From an uncultured Deinococcales bacterium (GTDB lineage: Bacteria > Deinococcota > Deinococci > Deinococcales > JAAFIG01), in the NCBI GenBank assembly GCA_964247135.1, contig CAXTTL010000077.1:1-19227 (forward strand): a DNA stretch of 19,227 bases, in the 5' to 3' direction. A model generated the notes under the pieces. It worked only from the letters and a program-made list of their open reading frames with translations, made no database searches and was not told the DNA's origin. The first letter of the stretch is position 1. Every line of letters starts with the position of its first letter. This document shows positions 7,817 through 16,176 of this stretch, in pieces. Position numbers and translations under genes: made by a program.

Positions 7817-9100
7817 TTAACGGAAGTTTTTGATTTGCTGCCGTACCGAATCAATGCTCCATCCCGTCAAATTGGCGGTGGTTTGCGCTTCAGTCTCGAG
7901 CCTCGTTTTCAAATCTTTGCGGTATTGCTCGCCTGGTTGCCCGCAGTTGGTGTTGCCTTTGAACGGGTGCTGCATGATGTACCGCGCCTGAAAATTTTCG
8001 GTGTTGTCGGTCTGCTTGAACATCAGGTCTTCTTTAAAGTTTGCGGCATCGTATCGCACATGAAGGCGCGTGAAGAAAACACTGTCGTTCGGGTTTTCGG
8101 CAAGCCAGAATGCTCCTGCGGCGCGAAGCTGCATGACATCTGGTGGTTCGCTGGCGCACGGGTCACAAGAGTTTGGCGTCCAGGCGTACTCGAGGAAGAC
8201 CGATTTTTTGCCCTCGCGCTCGTAGGCTTTTTTGAAGGTTGCGCCGTAAAAATCCCCGAATTTGGGTTGGACAAATTCTGGAATGTTCTTATCGCTTGGG
8301 ACTTTAACATTCTGGTAATTGGCGGCTTCGACCCGTCCTTTGCGCGTCAGGCTGTACACAGTCAGGTCTTGCGTGCCGTTCGCGTTAATCATGCCCAGTT
8401 GCAATGGCAGCATAAAACCTTTGGATTTGAACGACATCCGAATTGGGCGCAGTTTCATAAAGCCGCTCGAGTCCACTTTTGAAAGGTTGACTTTTGCCAC
8501 AAAAAACTTCATGCCCGCCTTGATGTACGGCGCAAGGACTTTGCTCGCACCAGCAGGAATTTTATAACCTTCTTGCAACAGGTAGGTCTCGAGTCCGTCC
8601 GATTGCGTGGCGGAAAGAATCACAATCGAGTATTCGCCGACGCTGTACCTGGCTTCGACGGTCACACCGAGCGATTTTTGCAATTCGCCTCGAGCCTGCA
8701 TGTTGGTGGCTGGCGCTGACATGGGTTTGGCGGCATCTTCGGCAACCATTGGCGGCGGCGGGTTGCACGGGTCGGCGTCAAAATATTCGACCAGACGCGG
8801 GGCGCTGTAAGCATCGAGTTTGTCGATGATGGTCGAGTCGTTGATGCCAATCTCGGCGCGTTTTAAAACTTTGGGAACGGGCACGACCAGCGCAAAATCT
8901 TTTAACGCGCCCTGATAATCCGAAACCATCGTGATGGTTGTGCGTTCGCCGTCCCTGGCGATCATGATTTGCGAGGCTTTGTTGTACAGTTTCGCGTCCA
9001 CCCGTCCGACGTAAAACCCGCAAAATGCGGTCACGCTGCCGATAACACCAAGTCCGACGGTCACGATTCCAGCCCAGAAAAAACGGTTTCTCGGGTTCAT
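7817..9100 (-). CDS. DUF2330 domain exported protein
   Basis: Signal peptide then FCGFYV, ARDG.RT.ITM..DYQG..KDFALVVPVP, YSAPRLVEYFDADPC, SCDPC, FFTRLHVRY; SD AAAGGA upstream. Confidence 0.88.
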   Translation of the reverse strand: MNPRNRFFWAGIVTVGLGVIGSVTAFCGFYVGRVDAKLYNKASQIMIARDGERTTITMVSDYQGALKDFALVVPVPKVLKRAEIGINDSTIIDKLDAYSAPRLVEYFDADPCNPPPPMVAEDAAKPMSAPATNMQARGELQKSLGVTVEARYSVGEYSIVILSATQSDGLETYLLQEGYKIPAGASKVLAPYIKAGMKFFVAKVNLSKVDSSGFMKLRPIRMSFKSKGFMLPLQLGMINANGTQDLTVYSLTRKGRVEAANYQNVKVPSDKNIPEFVQPKFGDFYGATFKKAYEREGKKSVFLEYAWTPNSCDPCASEPPDVMQLRAAGAFWLAENPNDSVFFTRLHVRYDAANFKEDLMFKQTDNTENFQARYIMQHPFKGNTNCGQPGEQYRKDLKTRLETEAQTTANLTGWSIDSVRQQIKNFR

Positions 9101-9191
9101 AAAATTCCTTTCACGAGAGGCTTGGGGTTGATGGTACTCGAGTTTGAAGTGTTACAGCTTGACCTGAAATGTGTTGTGCATCCACCTGATT

Positions 9192-10709
9192 TCAAACTGA
9201 TACAAAGTACGCGGGGATGCTCAAACCAACCCGAGCGCCGCCTTCCGTGCGGTTCTCGGCGTGTACAGTGCCGCCGTGAACCCGAGCGACGGCTTCGACG
9301 ATTGCCAAGCCCAGTCCAGTGCCTGCACCCAGCTTAGCGAACGGCTCAAAGGCTTTGGGCAAGAGTTCGGCGTTAAAACCTGGTCCTGTGTCTTCGACCC
9401 ACAACCAAGTACCGTCGGCTCGAGCTTCGACGCGAATGTTTTTCGCGCCGCCCGCGTGATGGCTGGCATTGTTCACCAGGTTCTCCAAACTCAACTCGAG
9501 CAAATCGCGTTCTGCCCAGACTTCGCCCTGTCCTTGAACGGGCACATCGAAATGCGCCTCCAGAAAACTCGAGAGGTCGATGCGTTCGCGTTTGGGTATG
9601 CCTTGCCCTTCCAGCCGTGCCAATTGCAGTAAACTCGAGAGGATTCGTTCGGTGCGGTCTAACGCCCCTAAAGCGCCCTGCGTCGCCTCGGTGCGGCTTG
9701 GGTGACGCTCGAGCACCTCGAGATAATTTCTGGCGGCGGTTAGCGGATTTCGCAACTCGTGCGAGGCATTGTACGCGAACCGTCTGGCGCTGGATTCCTG
9801 GGTTTTGAGACGCTCGAGGGTATCATTCATGTCTGCCAGCAAACGGTTCAGGGCATTCACGGCGGGACGCAATTCGGGCAGTGGCGGCACGGCAATCATC
9901 TCGAGGCTGCTGGCATTGCGGCGCTCGATCTCGGCTGCCAAACTGTAAAGCGGTGACAGCGAACGCCGCACGCCAAACGCGCCCAGCAGCAACGCCAGAA
10001 TCAACAATCCGACGCTCGAGAGTAAAATCCAATTGTTTGGGTTGGAAATACGTTCAAACTCGAGGTTGCCATTGCGTTGACGCACCAACACCGTCGAATT
10101 TTTTGAAAGTTGTTTGAGTTCTGAAATTTGATTGACTTTGTCATCCACAGGTTGCGCACGGGTTTCGCTGCTCGAGGTTACGCCTTCGAGTATGGGAGGC
10201 GGACTCGAGGCTGGCGTTGTCGGAAGGGCTGCTGGCACGGTTGGATTGCTCGGTATCACTGGAGCGGCTTGAATTTGTGCGGGACTCGGTTTTGCACCAG
10301 GTTTTGCTTGTTCCGCTCGAGTTGTTGGCGTTGTGACCGCAGGACTTGGCGCCGCAACTGGTTTGATCGGGACTGCCGACGGTGTGGCGACTTTGCTGCT
10401 CGAGCCAGCCGACAAACTGGCGTCGCTCGAGTTTGGCGTTGTGGCAAGACGTGTTTGATTTTGCGTTTTTTCGACACTCGCGGGAGCGGTGACGGTATCC
10501 GCCGTGGTTGCTGCTGGCGGCTTCGCGCTGTTGTTGAATTCTTGAATTGGAACACCAATTTGACCCGCAGGATTGTTCGAGTTTTGCGCGACAGTATTGC
10601 TTACACCTGAATCTCGAGTCACCAATGAATTCAACAACCACACTTGACCCAAGGCAAGCACCGCTAAAGCTGGCAGCAACCACAATAAAACTCGAGTTCG
10701 CAAGGTCAT
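9192..10709 (-). CDS. Membrane sensor histidine kinase (TM-low-complexity-TM-HAMP-HisKA-HATPase)
   Basis: Two TM helices, HAMP-like SLSPLYSLAAEI...ELRPAVNALN, H-box ASHELRNPL, NLVNNA, DTGPG, GTGLGL; ATGA overlap with response regulator. Confidence 0.92.
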   Translation of the reverse strand: MTLRTRVLLWLLPALAVLALGQVWLLNSLVTRDSGVSNTVAQNSNNPAGQIGVPIQEFNNSAKPPAATTADTVTAPASVEKTQNQTRLATTPNSSDASLSAGSSSKVATPSAVPIKPVAAPSPAVTTPTTRAEQAKPGAKPSPAQIQAAPVIPSNPTVPAALPTTPASSPPPILEGVTSSSETRAQPVDDKVNQISELKQLSKNSTVLVRQRNGNLEFERISNPNNWILLSSVGLLILALLLGAFGVRRSLSPLYSLAAEIERRNASSLEMIAVPPLPELRPAVNALNRLLADMNDTLERLKTQESSARRFAYNASHELRNPLTAARNYLEVLERHPSRTEATQGALGALDRTERILSSLLQLARLEGQGIPKRERIDLSSFLEAHFDVPVQGQGEVWAERDLLELSLENLVNNASHHAGGAKNIRVEARADGTWLWVEDTGPGFNAELLPKAFEPFAKLGAGTGLGLAIVEAVARVHGGTVHAENRTEGGARVGLSIPAYFVSV

Positions 10710-11374
10710 GATTGTACTGATTCCTTGAGCTTTAAGGCGTACCCAACACCGCGCACGGTCTGAATCAAACTTGGTTCGCCAAGTGCCCGCCGCGCCGAAG
10801 CAATCAAAACATCCAGCGTGTTCGGGTCAACCTCATCGCCCCAAATCAGGTTCATCAAGGTTTCTCGAGGCATCACGCGTTTGGGATGCTCGAGCAGCAC
10901 GGACAGCAACCGAAAACCCTTGACGGTCAACTCAATTTGCTTGCCATTTCGCCAGACTTCCATCGTCTCTGGGTCAAGTGTGACATCCTCGAACTGACGT
11001 TTGCCCGATTCGGTTTTGCTGCGCCGCAACAAGACCTCGATTCGCGCCAGCACCTCGGAGAGCGAATAGGGTTTGACCACATAATCATCCGCGCCGCCGC
11101 GCAAGCCTTTCAGCTTGTACTCGAGTTCATCCAAGGCGGTCAGCATCAAAACGGGCACACTCGAGCGCAAACGAATTTCGGTCAAAACACTAAAACCGCT
11201 CGAGCCTGGCAGCAATACGTCCAAAATCACCAGATCGGGTTGCTGCGCCATGCAGCGCAAACCGCTCGAAGCATCACCCGCCTCGAGCACGGTGTAGCCC
11301 TCGAGTTTTAAACCCAGCGCCAGGGATTCGCGCACGCCAGCATCATCTTCGACAATTAAAATCGTGGTCACCAT
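10706..11374 (-). CDS. OmpR/PhoB family response regulator
   Basis: ILIVEDD, PDLVILDVLLP, LMLTA, GADDYVVKP; winged-helix end IQTVRGVGY; -10 TAAAGT (11386-11381) 6 nt before ATG. Confidence 0.95.
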   Translation of the reverse strand: MVTTILIVEDDAGVRESLALGLKLEGYTVLEAGDASSGLRCMAQQPDLVILDVLLPGSSGFSVLTEIRLRSSVPVLMLTALDELEYKLKGLRGGADDYVVKPYSLSEVLARIEVLLRRSKTESGKRQFEDVTLDPETMEVWRNGKQIELTVKGFRLLSVLLEHPKRVMPRETLMNLIWGDEVDPNTLDVLIASARRALGEPSLIQTVRGVGYALKLKESVQS

Positions 11375-11438
11375 ACGACCACTTTAGCGCCCAGACCTGA
11401 GATGAGGCTCGAGATCAACCTGAAATGAAGGTGAAAAA

Positions 11439-11711
11439 TCAGCGCAAAGATTGGATCAGACGGTCATATTCGATATGTCCACCAATCCAAAACCAGGTGA
11501 TTTTATCGCCCTGTAATGTCCCGAGCGCCCTGTAACCACGCGTGACCCTGACTGAGCACAGCGAAATGGCTGGCACGACTTGTTTGAATTGCAAACCAGG
11601 ATGCTGAGGGTTACTGCGGAAAAAACGGTACGCTTCACGCGCTTGCCATTGAACGTCTTCTGGAAGGGCGTAATAGGCTTTCCAAAACAACGCCGTTGTT
11701 TCAGAAATCAC
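11439..11711 (-). CDS. RelE/ParE/HigB-like type II toxin, ~90 aa
   Basis: TTALFWKAYYALP...NPQHPGLQFK...SVRVTRGYRALG...WFWIGGHIEYD; start placed at GTG 11711 with GGAGG SD (11721-11717). Confidence 0.85.
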   Translation of the reverse strand: MISETTALFWKAYYALPEDVQWQAREAYRFFRSNPQHPGLQFKQVVPAISLCSVRVTRGYRALGTLQGDKITWFWIGGHIEYDRLIQSLR

Positions 11712-11731
11712 ATGCGCCTCCAATTGGTGCT

Positions 11732-11739
11732 ACTATAAT
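11732..11739. promoter_or_regulatory. Overlapping divergent -10 elements between toxin and antitoxin
   Basis: ACTATAAT reads TATAAT on + (11734-11739, 8 nt before ATG 11748) and TATAGT on - (11737-11732, ahead of the toxin SD). Confidence 0.55.
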
Positions 11740-11747
11740 TGCCGAAT

Positions 11748-11966
11748 ATGACCAAATTACTCGAGAAAGCTGTCACAGAAACCGAGCGTCTGCCTTTAGA
11801 GGAGCAGAATCGTATCGCTGAATGGTTGCTTGCCGAATTGGAAGACGAAGCCCAATGGGATGCCCAGTTTACTGGATCAATTGAGACTCTTGAGCGTTTA
11901 ACAAAAGAAGCCTTGTTAGAATCCAGCGCTGGACGAACAAAATCTTTAACTCCAGATTTGTTGTAG
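11748..11966 (+). CDS. Small acidic putative antitoxin, 72 aa
   Basis: MTKLLEKAV...LPLEEQNRIAEWLLAELEDEAQWDAQF...LTKEAL...AGRT pattern of the small proteins usually encoded upstream of this toxin type; acidic; adjacent to toxin. Confidence 0.78.
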   Translation: MTKLLEKAVTETERLPLEEQNRIAEWLLAELEDEAQWDAQFTGSIETLERLTKEALLESSAGRTKSLTPDLL

Positions 11967-12059
11967 ATTTCTGTTTGGTTTAATCCTGCTTGCATGAACC
12001 AGTGTAACTTTTCACTGCGTCATTTTAAAACTGCCCTCGAGCATTTTGGACTCGTGTTT

Positions 12060-14258
12060 TCACAACTCGAGCGGCAAATCCCGAATCCGTTTTTGCGTCA
12101 GCGCAAACACCGCATTCGCCACGGCTGCCCCTATCGGTCCTATCGCGGGTTCACCCATGCCGTAGGGCGTATTCCCACCCTCGAGAAAGTTCACGTCAAT
12201 ACGAGGCGGGGTTTCTTTTAAGGTCAGTAGCGGATACTGCTTAAAATTCGCTTGTTCCACCAGCCCGTCTTTCACGGTCAGTTTCTCGAGCAGTGTGGAG
12301 CTTAACCCCATGACCACGCTGCCTTTGGCTTGCAGTGCGGCATTGGCAGGATTCACGACCAAACCCGCGTCTATCGAAACGGTCACGCGATGCACGACAA
12401 TGCGTTTCTCGAGAATCGAAACCTCAGCCACTTGCGCGACAAAAGTCTTGCCTAAACTCGAGAATGCCACGCCTCGAGCACGTCCTGGTTCTGGTGGTTT
12501 TGCCCAGTCGGAACGTATTTTGACATCCTCGAGCACCCGTTTTAAGCGCGTGCCGTCTTCTGAATTTGGAACGTGTTTTAACCTGAACTCGAGTGGGTCG
12601 GTTTTGGCAGCAAACGCCATTTCGTCCATGAAACTCTCGAGCGCGAAGGTGTTCGGGAACACACCCAATCCGCGCCATGAACCTGTCGGCACGGGCAGGT
12701 TGAGGCGGTGGCTGCGAACGCGGTAATTGGGAAAATCGTAAGGCGAGAGTTGCCCGCTGAGGACGCCAAAATCAAAGCCGATCAGGTTTTTGATGGGTTC
12801 TGGAATCGGAATCACCGAGAACAAAATATCGCCGCTGGCGGTGACTTGATCGATGGCGTTAATCCGTCCGTCGCTGCTTAAACTGCCACGAAGTCTGGTG
12901 TGCGAGGGCGGACGAAAAAAACCGTGTTGAATGTCTTCCTCGCGCGTCCAACCGACATGCACGGGTTTGCCCACGGCGTTCGACAATCGAACCGCCTCGA
13001 GCGCCGCACTTTGCGAGCCTTTGCGCCCAAAACTGCCACCCATCTGCATGGGGTAAACAATGACCTCGCGTGTTGCTCCGCCCACTGCCTCTTGCACGCC
13101 CTTGGTGTCGCCACTGGTAAATTGCGTGGGAACCCAAAGTTCGATTTTGCTGGCTTGCACGTGCGCCATCGCGTTTAACGGCTCGAGGTGCGCGTGCGCG
13201 GCGAATGGCGTGCGGTATTCGGCGGTGATTTGCGTGCCTGTCAAAATGTTCGCGTCCACGTTGCCACGTTTTTTGATCACCACGCCATCGCCATCTCGAG
13301 CCGTGACCATCGCATCAATATCACTTTGGTTGACGTTCGTGCCGCCCTGCCACTCGAGGGTTAAAAATTTGATGGCTTCTCGAGCGCGGGTGCGGGTGTC
13401 AGCGACCACGCCCGCGAAGTTGGCTTTGAGGTCGATCACGACTTTAGTCACGCCAGGTTGATTCGCTGCTTCTCCCGCGCTGGCACTTTTCAGGGTTGCG
13501 CCGTAACGTGGCGGTCGGGCGACCGCGCCGTAAAGCATGTCTGGAACTCGAGCGTCATAACCATAAACGGGTTGTCCCAACAGTTTGGCGCGAACGTCCA
13601 CGCGTGGAGTGTTCTGCCCAATGCTGGTGAAGGCTTTACGGACTTTGAGGATAGGTTTTTCTTTGGGTACAACCCAATCGTTTTGTTTGGCGGCGACGAT
13701 CTGCCCATAAGTCAATTTCTTGGTCATGTCTTGCCGCGCAAAACACTCACCGCGCAACGCTACGATCTCGTTCACACTGACCGAAAGTTGTTTTGCCGCC
13801 TCGAGCCGCAGCATTTCGCGCATGGTCGCAGCGGCTTCACGCAAGGGCGTGAAAAGCCCATTCACCGACGTGCTGCCAAAAGTGAACATCAATTGCGGAT
13901 CAAAACCTTTGCTCGAATCGGCTTGACGCACCGTCAGTTGTTTGACATCCACCTCGAGTTCTTCGGCGGCAATTTGTGCCAGCGCACTGTGAATGCCTTG
14001 ACCCATCTCGAATTTGGGCGCGTAGAAAACCATGCTGTTGTCGGGTTTGAGTTCAAACCAGAGGTTTGGGACGGGCATTTTGACGGGTTGCGACGCGCCG
14101 CCCTTCTCGAGCAGGTCAACCAGCGCTGGGCGACCCTCGTTCAAGCCAAAATAACCGCCAACCGCCAGCACACCGAGGCTGCCCGTGCCGATCAAAAAGC
14201 GGCGGCGCGTGATCTTCCAGCGTTGCTCTGGGGTCAAAGGTGCTTTTTTGGTTTTCAT
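12060..14258 (-). CDS. iorB: Xanthine-oxidase-family molybdopterin subunit (isoquinoline 1-oxidoreductase beta-like) with Tat signal
   Basis: TRRRFL Tat motif, EMGQG, TFGSTS, AHAHLEP, GGSFGRK, WTREED, VPTGSWRG, GMGEP; start set at ATG 14258 (ATGA overlap with the 2Fe-2S gene). Substrate unknown. Confidence 0.92.
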   Translation of the reverse strand: MKTKKAPLTPEQRWKITRRRFLIGTGSLGVLAVGGYFGLNEGRPALVDLLEKGGASQPVKMPVPNLWFELKPDNSMVFYAPKFEMGQGIHSALAQIAAEELEVDVKQLTVRQADSSKGFDPQLMFTFGSTSVNGLFTPLREAAATMREMLRLEAAKQLSVSVNEIVALRGECFARQDMTKKLTYGQIVAAKQNDWVVPKEKPILKVRKAFTSIGQNTPRVDVRAKLLGQPVYGYDARVPDMLYGAVARPPRYGATLKSASAGEAANQPGVTKVVIDLKANFAGVVADTRTRAREAIKFLTLEWQGGTNVNQSDIDAMVTARDGDGVVIKKRGNVDANILTGTQITAEYRTPFAAHAHLEPLNAMAHVQASKIELWVPTQFTSGDTKGVQEAVGGATREVIVYPMQMGGSFGRKGSQSAALEAVRLSNAVGKPVHVGWTREEDIQHGFFRPPSHTRLRGSLSSDGRINAIDQVTASGDILFSVIPIPEPIKNLIGFDFGVLSGQLSPYDFPNYRVRSHRLNLPVPTGSWRGLGVFPNTFALESFMDEMAFAAKTDPLEFRLKHVPNSEDGTRLKRVLEDVKIRSDWAKPPEPGRARGVAFSSLGKTFVAQVAEVSILEKRIVVHRVTVSIDAGLVVNPANAALQAKGSVVMGLSSTLLEKLTVKDGLVEQANFKQYPLLTLKETPPRIDVNFLEGGNTPYGMGEPAIGPIGAAVANAVFALTQKRIRDLPLEL

Positions 14259-14734
14259 GACCGACCACCCGCAATTTCGGCGGCTCGAGCCACGTTCTTG
14301 CGGATGTTGTTGTAACCGCCGCAACGGCAGTAATTTTCGTTCATGGCGTTGTCAATTTGTTCGCTGTTTGGGTTCGGGTTCTTCTCGAGCAACGCCACCG
14401 CGTTCATGATGTGACCGCTCATGCACCAGCAGCACTGCAATGGATTCTCGAGAAACGCGGCTTGCACGGGGTGAAGCTCGAGTTTGTCACCCTCACCTTT
14501 TGCCAGCCCCTCGAGGGTCGTGATGTTCTTGTCCACAGCTTCAGAAGTGGGCGTTTGGCACGAACGTTTTGGTACGCCGTCAATCAGCACATTGCACGAG
14601 CCGCAAACGCCAACGCCGCAACCGTAACGCGTTCCAACCAGCCCGAGCGTGTCGCGCAGCACCCAGACCAGCATTTCCGAGGCTTGAAAATCTGGCACTT
14701 CCCAAGTTCGCTGGTTAATCTCGAGTTTGAGCAT
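14255..14734 (-). CDS. iorA: (2Fe-2S)-binding small subunit (IorA/CoxS-like)
   Basis: GTRYGCGVGVCGSC...SC and QCCWCMSG...NYCRCGGY; -10 TAAGAT (14745-14740) 5 nt before ATG. Confidence 0.93.
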   Translation of the reverse strand: MLKLEINQRTWEVPDFQASEMLVWVLRDTLGLVGTRYGCGVGVCGSCNVLIDGVPKRSCQTPTSEAVDKNITTLEGLAKGEGDKLELHPVQAAFLENPLQCCWCMSGHIMNAVALLEKNPNPNSEQIDNAMNENYCRCGGYNNIRKNVARAAEIAGGRS

Positions 14735-14806
14735 GATTTATCTTAAATACTGCTCGAGGCGCTTTCATCAATAAGGCACACAATCTTCAACAGACGCGCC
14801 TTGACC

Positions 14807-14835
14807 TTGCAGGATGAGGCACAACTGGTTACGCT
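14807..14835 (+). promoter_or_regulatory. Leaderless sigma70-type promoter of xisH-xisI
   Basis: TTGCAG(14807-14812)-17 nt-TACGCT(14830-14835), 5 nt before ATG 14841. Confidence 0.55.
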
Positions 14836-14840
14836 AGATT

Positions 14841-15254
14841 ATGGCTCGAGATTTTTACCACGATATTGTCAAACGAGCGCTTGAAAAAGATGGTTGGCAC
14901 ATCACGCACGACCCTTACGAACTCGAGTTTGGTTCGAGTGCGTACAAAATCGATCTTGGTGCGGAAGGTTTGGTTGGGGCTGAACGAGAAGGGCAATTAA
15001 TTGCCGTTGAAGTCAAAAGTTTTCTTGGGCGTTCATTGCAGCATCAACTTCATGAGGCGGTTGGTCAATTCACCAATTACCGTGTGTTGCTCGAGGAAAT
15101 TGAGCCTGAACGCATGGTGTACTTGGCAATTCCTGAGAACATTTTTCAAGAATTGTTTGAACTACAATTTGCTCGGCTCATTCGTGAACGAACATCGTTG
15201 CGTTTGATTGTTTTCAGCCATCAAACAGAGGAGGTTATTCAATGGAATCCGTGA
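14841..15254 (+). CDS. xisH: XisH family protein (PD-(D/E)XK-like)
   Basis: MARDFYHDIVKRALEKDGWHITHDP...IDLGAE..IAVEVKSF..HEAVGQFTNYR..LAIP..EVIQW signature. Confidence 0.93.
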   Translation: MARDFYHDIVKRALEKDGWHITHDPYELEFGSSAYKIDLGAEGLVGAEREGQLIAVEVKSFLGRSLQHQLHEAVGQFTNYRVLLEEIEPERMVYLAIPENIFQELFELQFARLIRERTSLRLIVFSHQTEEVIQWNP

Positions 15255-15580
15255 AATTGCGCCAAATTGTTCGTGAATTGCTCGAGTATTATGTTTCCTT
15301 GGGTGCAAGTCACCGCACCCAAGACAATCCTGCTTTTGTGCTGGTCGACAAAGACGAAAATCATTTTCAATGGATGCGCTTGGGTTGGCTTGGTCAACGT
15401 CGCGTTTATGGTTGTGTGATGCACTTGGAAGTCAAAGACAACAAGATTTGGGTTCATCAGGACAATACCGATTTGGACCCTGTGGGTGCGTTGCTCGAGC
15501 GAAACATACTGCCAAGCGATATCGTGCTGGCGTTTCATCCGCCTTATGTCAGAAAAGACACGGGTTTTGCAGTTGGATAA
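15242..15580 (+). CDS. xisI: XisI family protein
   Basis: GW.GQRRVYGCVMHLEVKDNKIWVHQDNTD...DIVLAFHPPYVRKDTGFAVG; overlaps xisH end; GAGGAGG SD. Confidence 0.93.
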   Translation: MESVKLRQIVRELLEYYVSLGASHRTQDNPAFVLVDKDENHFQWMRLGWLGQRRVYGCVMHLEVKDNKIWVHQDNTDLDPVGALLERNILPSDIVLAFHPPYVRKDTGFAVG

Positions 15581-15594
15581 GTATTCGCTCGAGC

Positions 15595-16176
15595 TTATTT
15601 GCGTTTCTTGCCAGGTTTGACTTTTTGCGGCAAATCAAATCGAATCACGTTCGGCGCAGCTTTTTTGTATTGCAAACTGGCAACCACGGCTTTGGCGCGA
15701 CGTTCGACTTGCAGCGCACGGCGCACGTTTTGCTGACGCAATTCGGCAATCGCTTTTAATTCCTCGGTCGTCAGGACAATTTCGTTTTTGTACTTCAAAA
15801 CGCGTTTGCCAATTTTGTCCGACAACTCTTTTAACTTGTCACGTTCGCCCGCCAGTTTTGCCCGCAAGCCCTCGATTTCGACTCGTAGCGCCTCGGCATC
15901 TTTGCCATTGATGGTCACGGGTTTTTCGGCTTCGCTGCCGCCAGCAATTTTGAGCTTGATCTCTTTTAGACTCAAACCCTCCAAGCGGAGCATCTTGACC
16001 AACTCGAGCGCGTCAAAGGCGTCCAGGTCATAGACTTTTTTGTTTTCACGATCAAAGCTTTTTAAAAACCCCTCTTTTTCGTAATTGCGTAACGTCGCGC
16101 TCGAGATTCCAGCCAGTTCTGCCAGACGCGTTTGGGTCACGCCGGCGATCAATTCGGTTTTTAAGTTTGAATCCAT
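15595..16176 (-). CDS. MerR-type HTH protein with long C-terminal coiled coil, ~193 aa
   Basis: LAELAGISSATLRNYEKEGFL...VYD...LRLEGLSLKEIK; heptad-rich C-terminus; start moved to ATG 16176 because TAAACT (16189-16184) lies 7 nt upstream. Confidence 0.8.
   Translation of the reverse strand: MDSNLKTELIAGVTQTRLAELAGISSATLRNYEKEGFLKSFDRENKKVYDLDAFDALELVKMLRLEGLSLKEIKLKIAGGSEAEKPVTINGKDAEALRVEIEGLRAKLAGERDKLKELSDKIGKRVLKYKNEIVLTTEELKAIAELRQQNVRRALQVERRAKAVVASLQYKKAAPNVIRFDLPQKVKPGKKRK

Noticed and set aside
7721-8482. 253-aa plus-strand ORF
   Set aside because: Antisense shadow of DUF2330 and runs through its terminator
13458-14315. 285-aa plus-strand ORF
   Set aside because: Antisense shadow of the molybdopterin subunit
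14259-14324. N-terminal extension of the 754-aa ORF
   Set aside because: Overlaps the 2Fe-2S gene; ATG 14258 gives an ATGA coupling and a properly placed Tat motif
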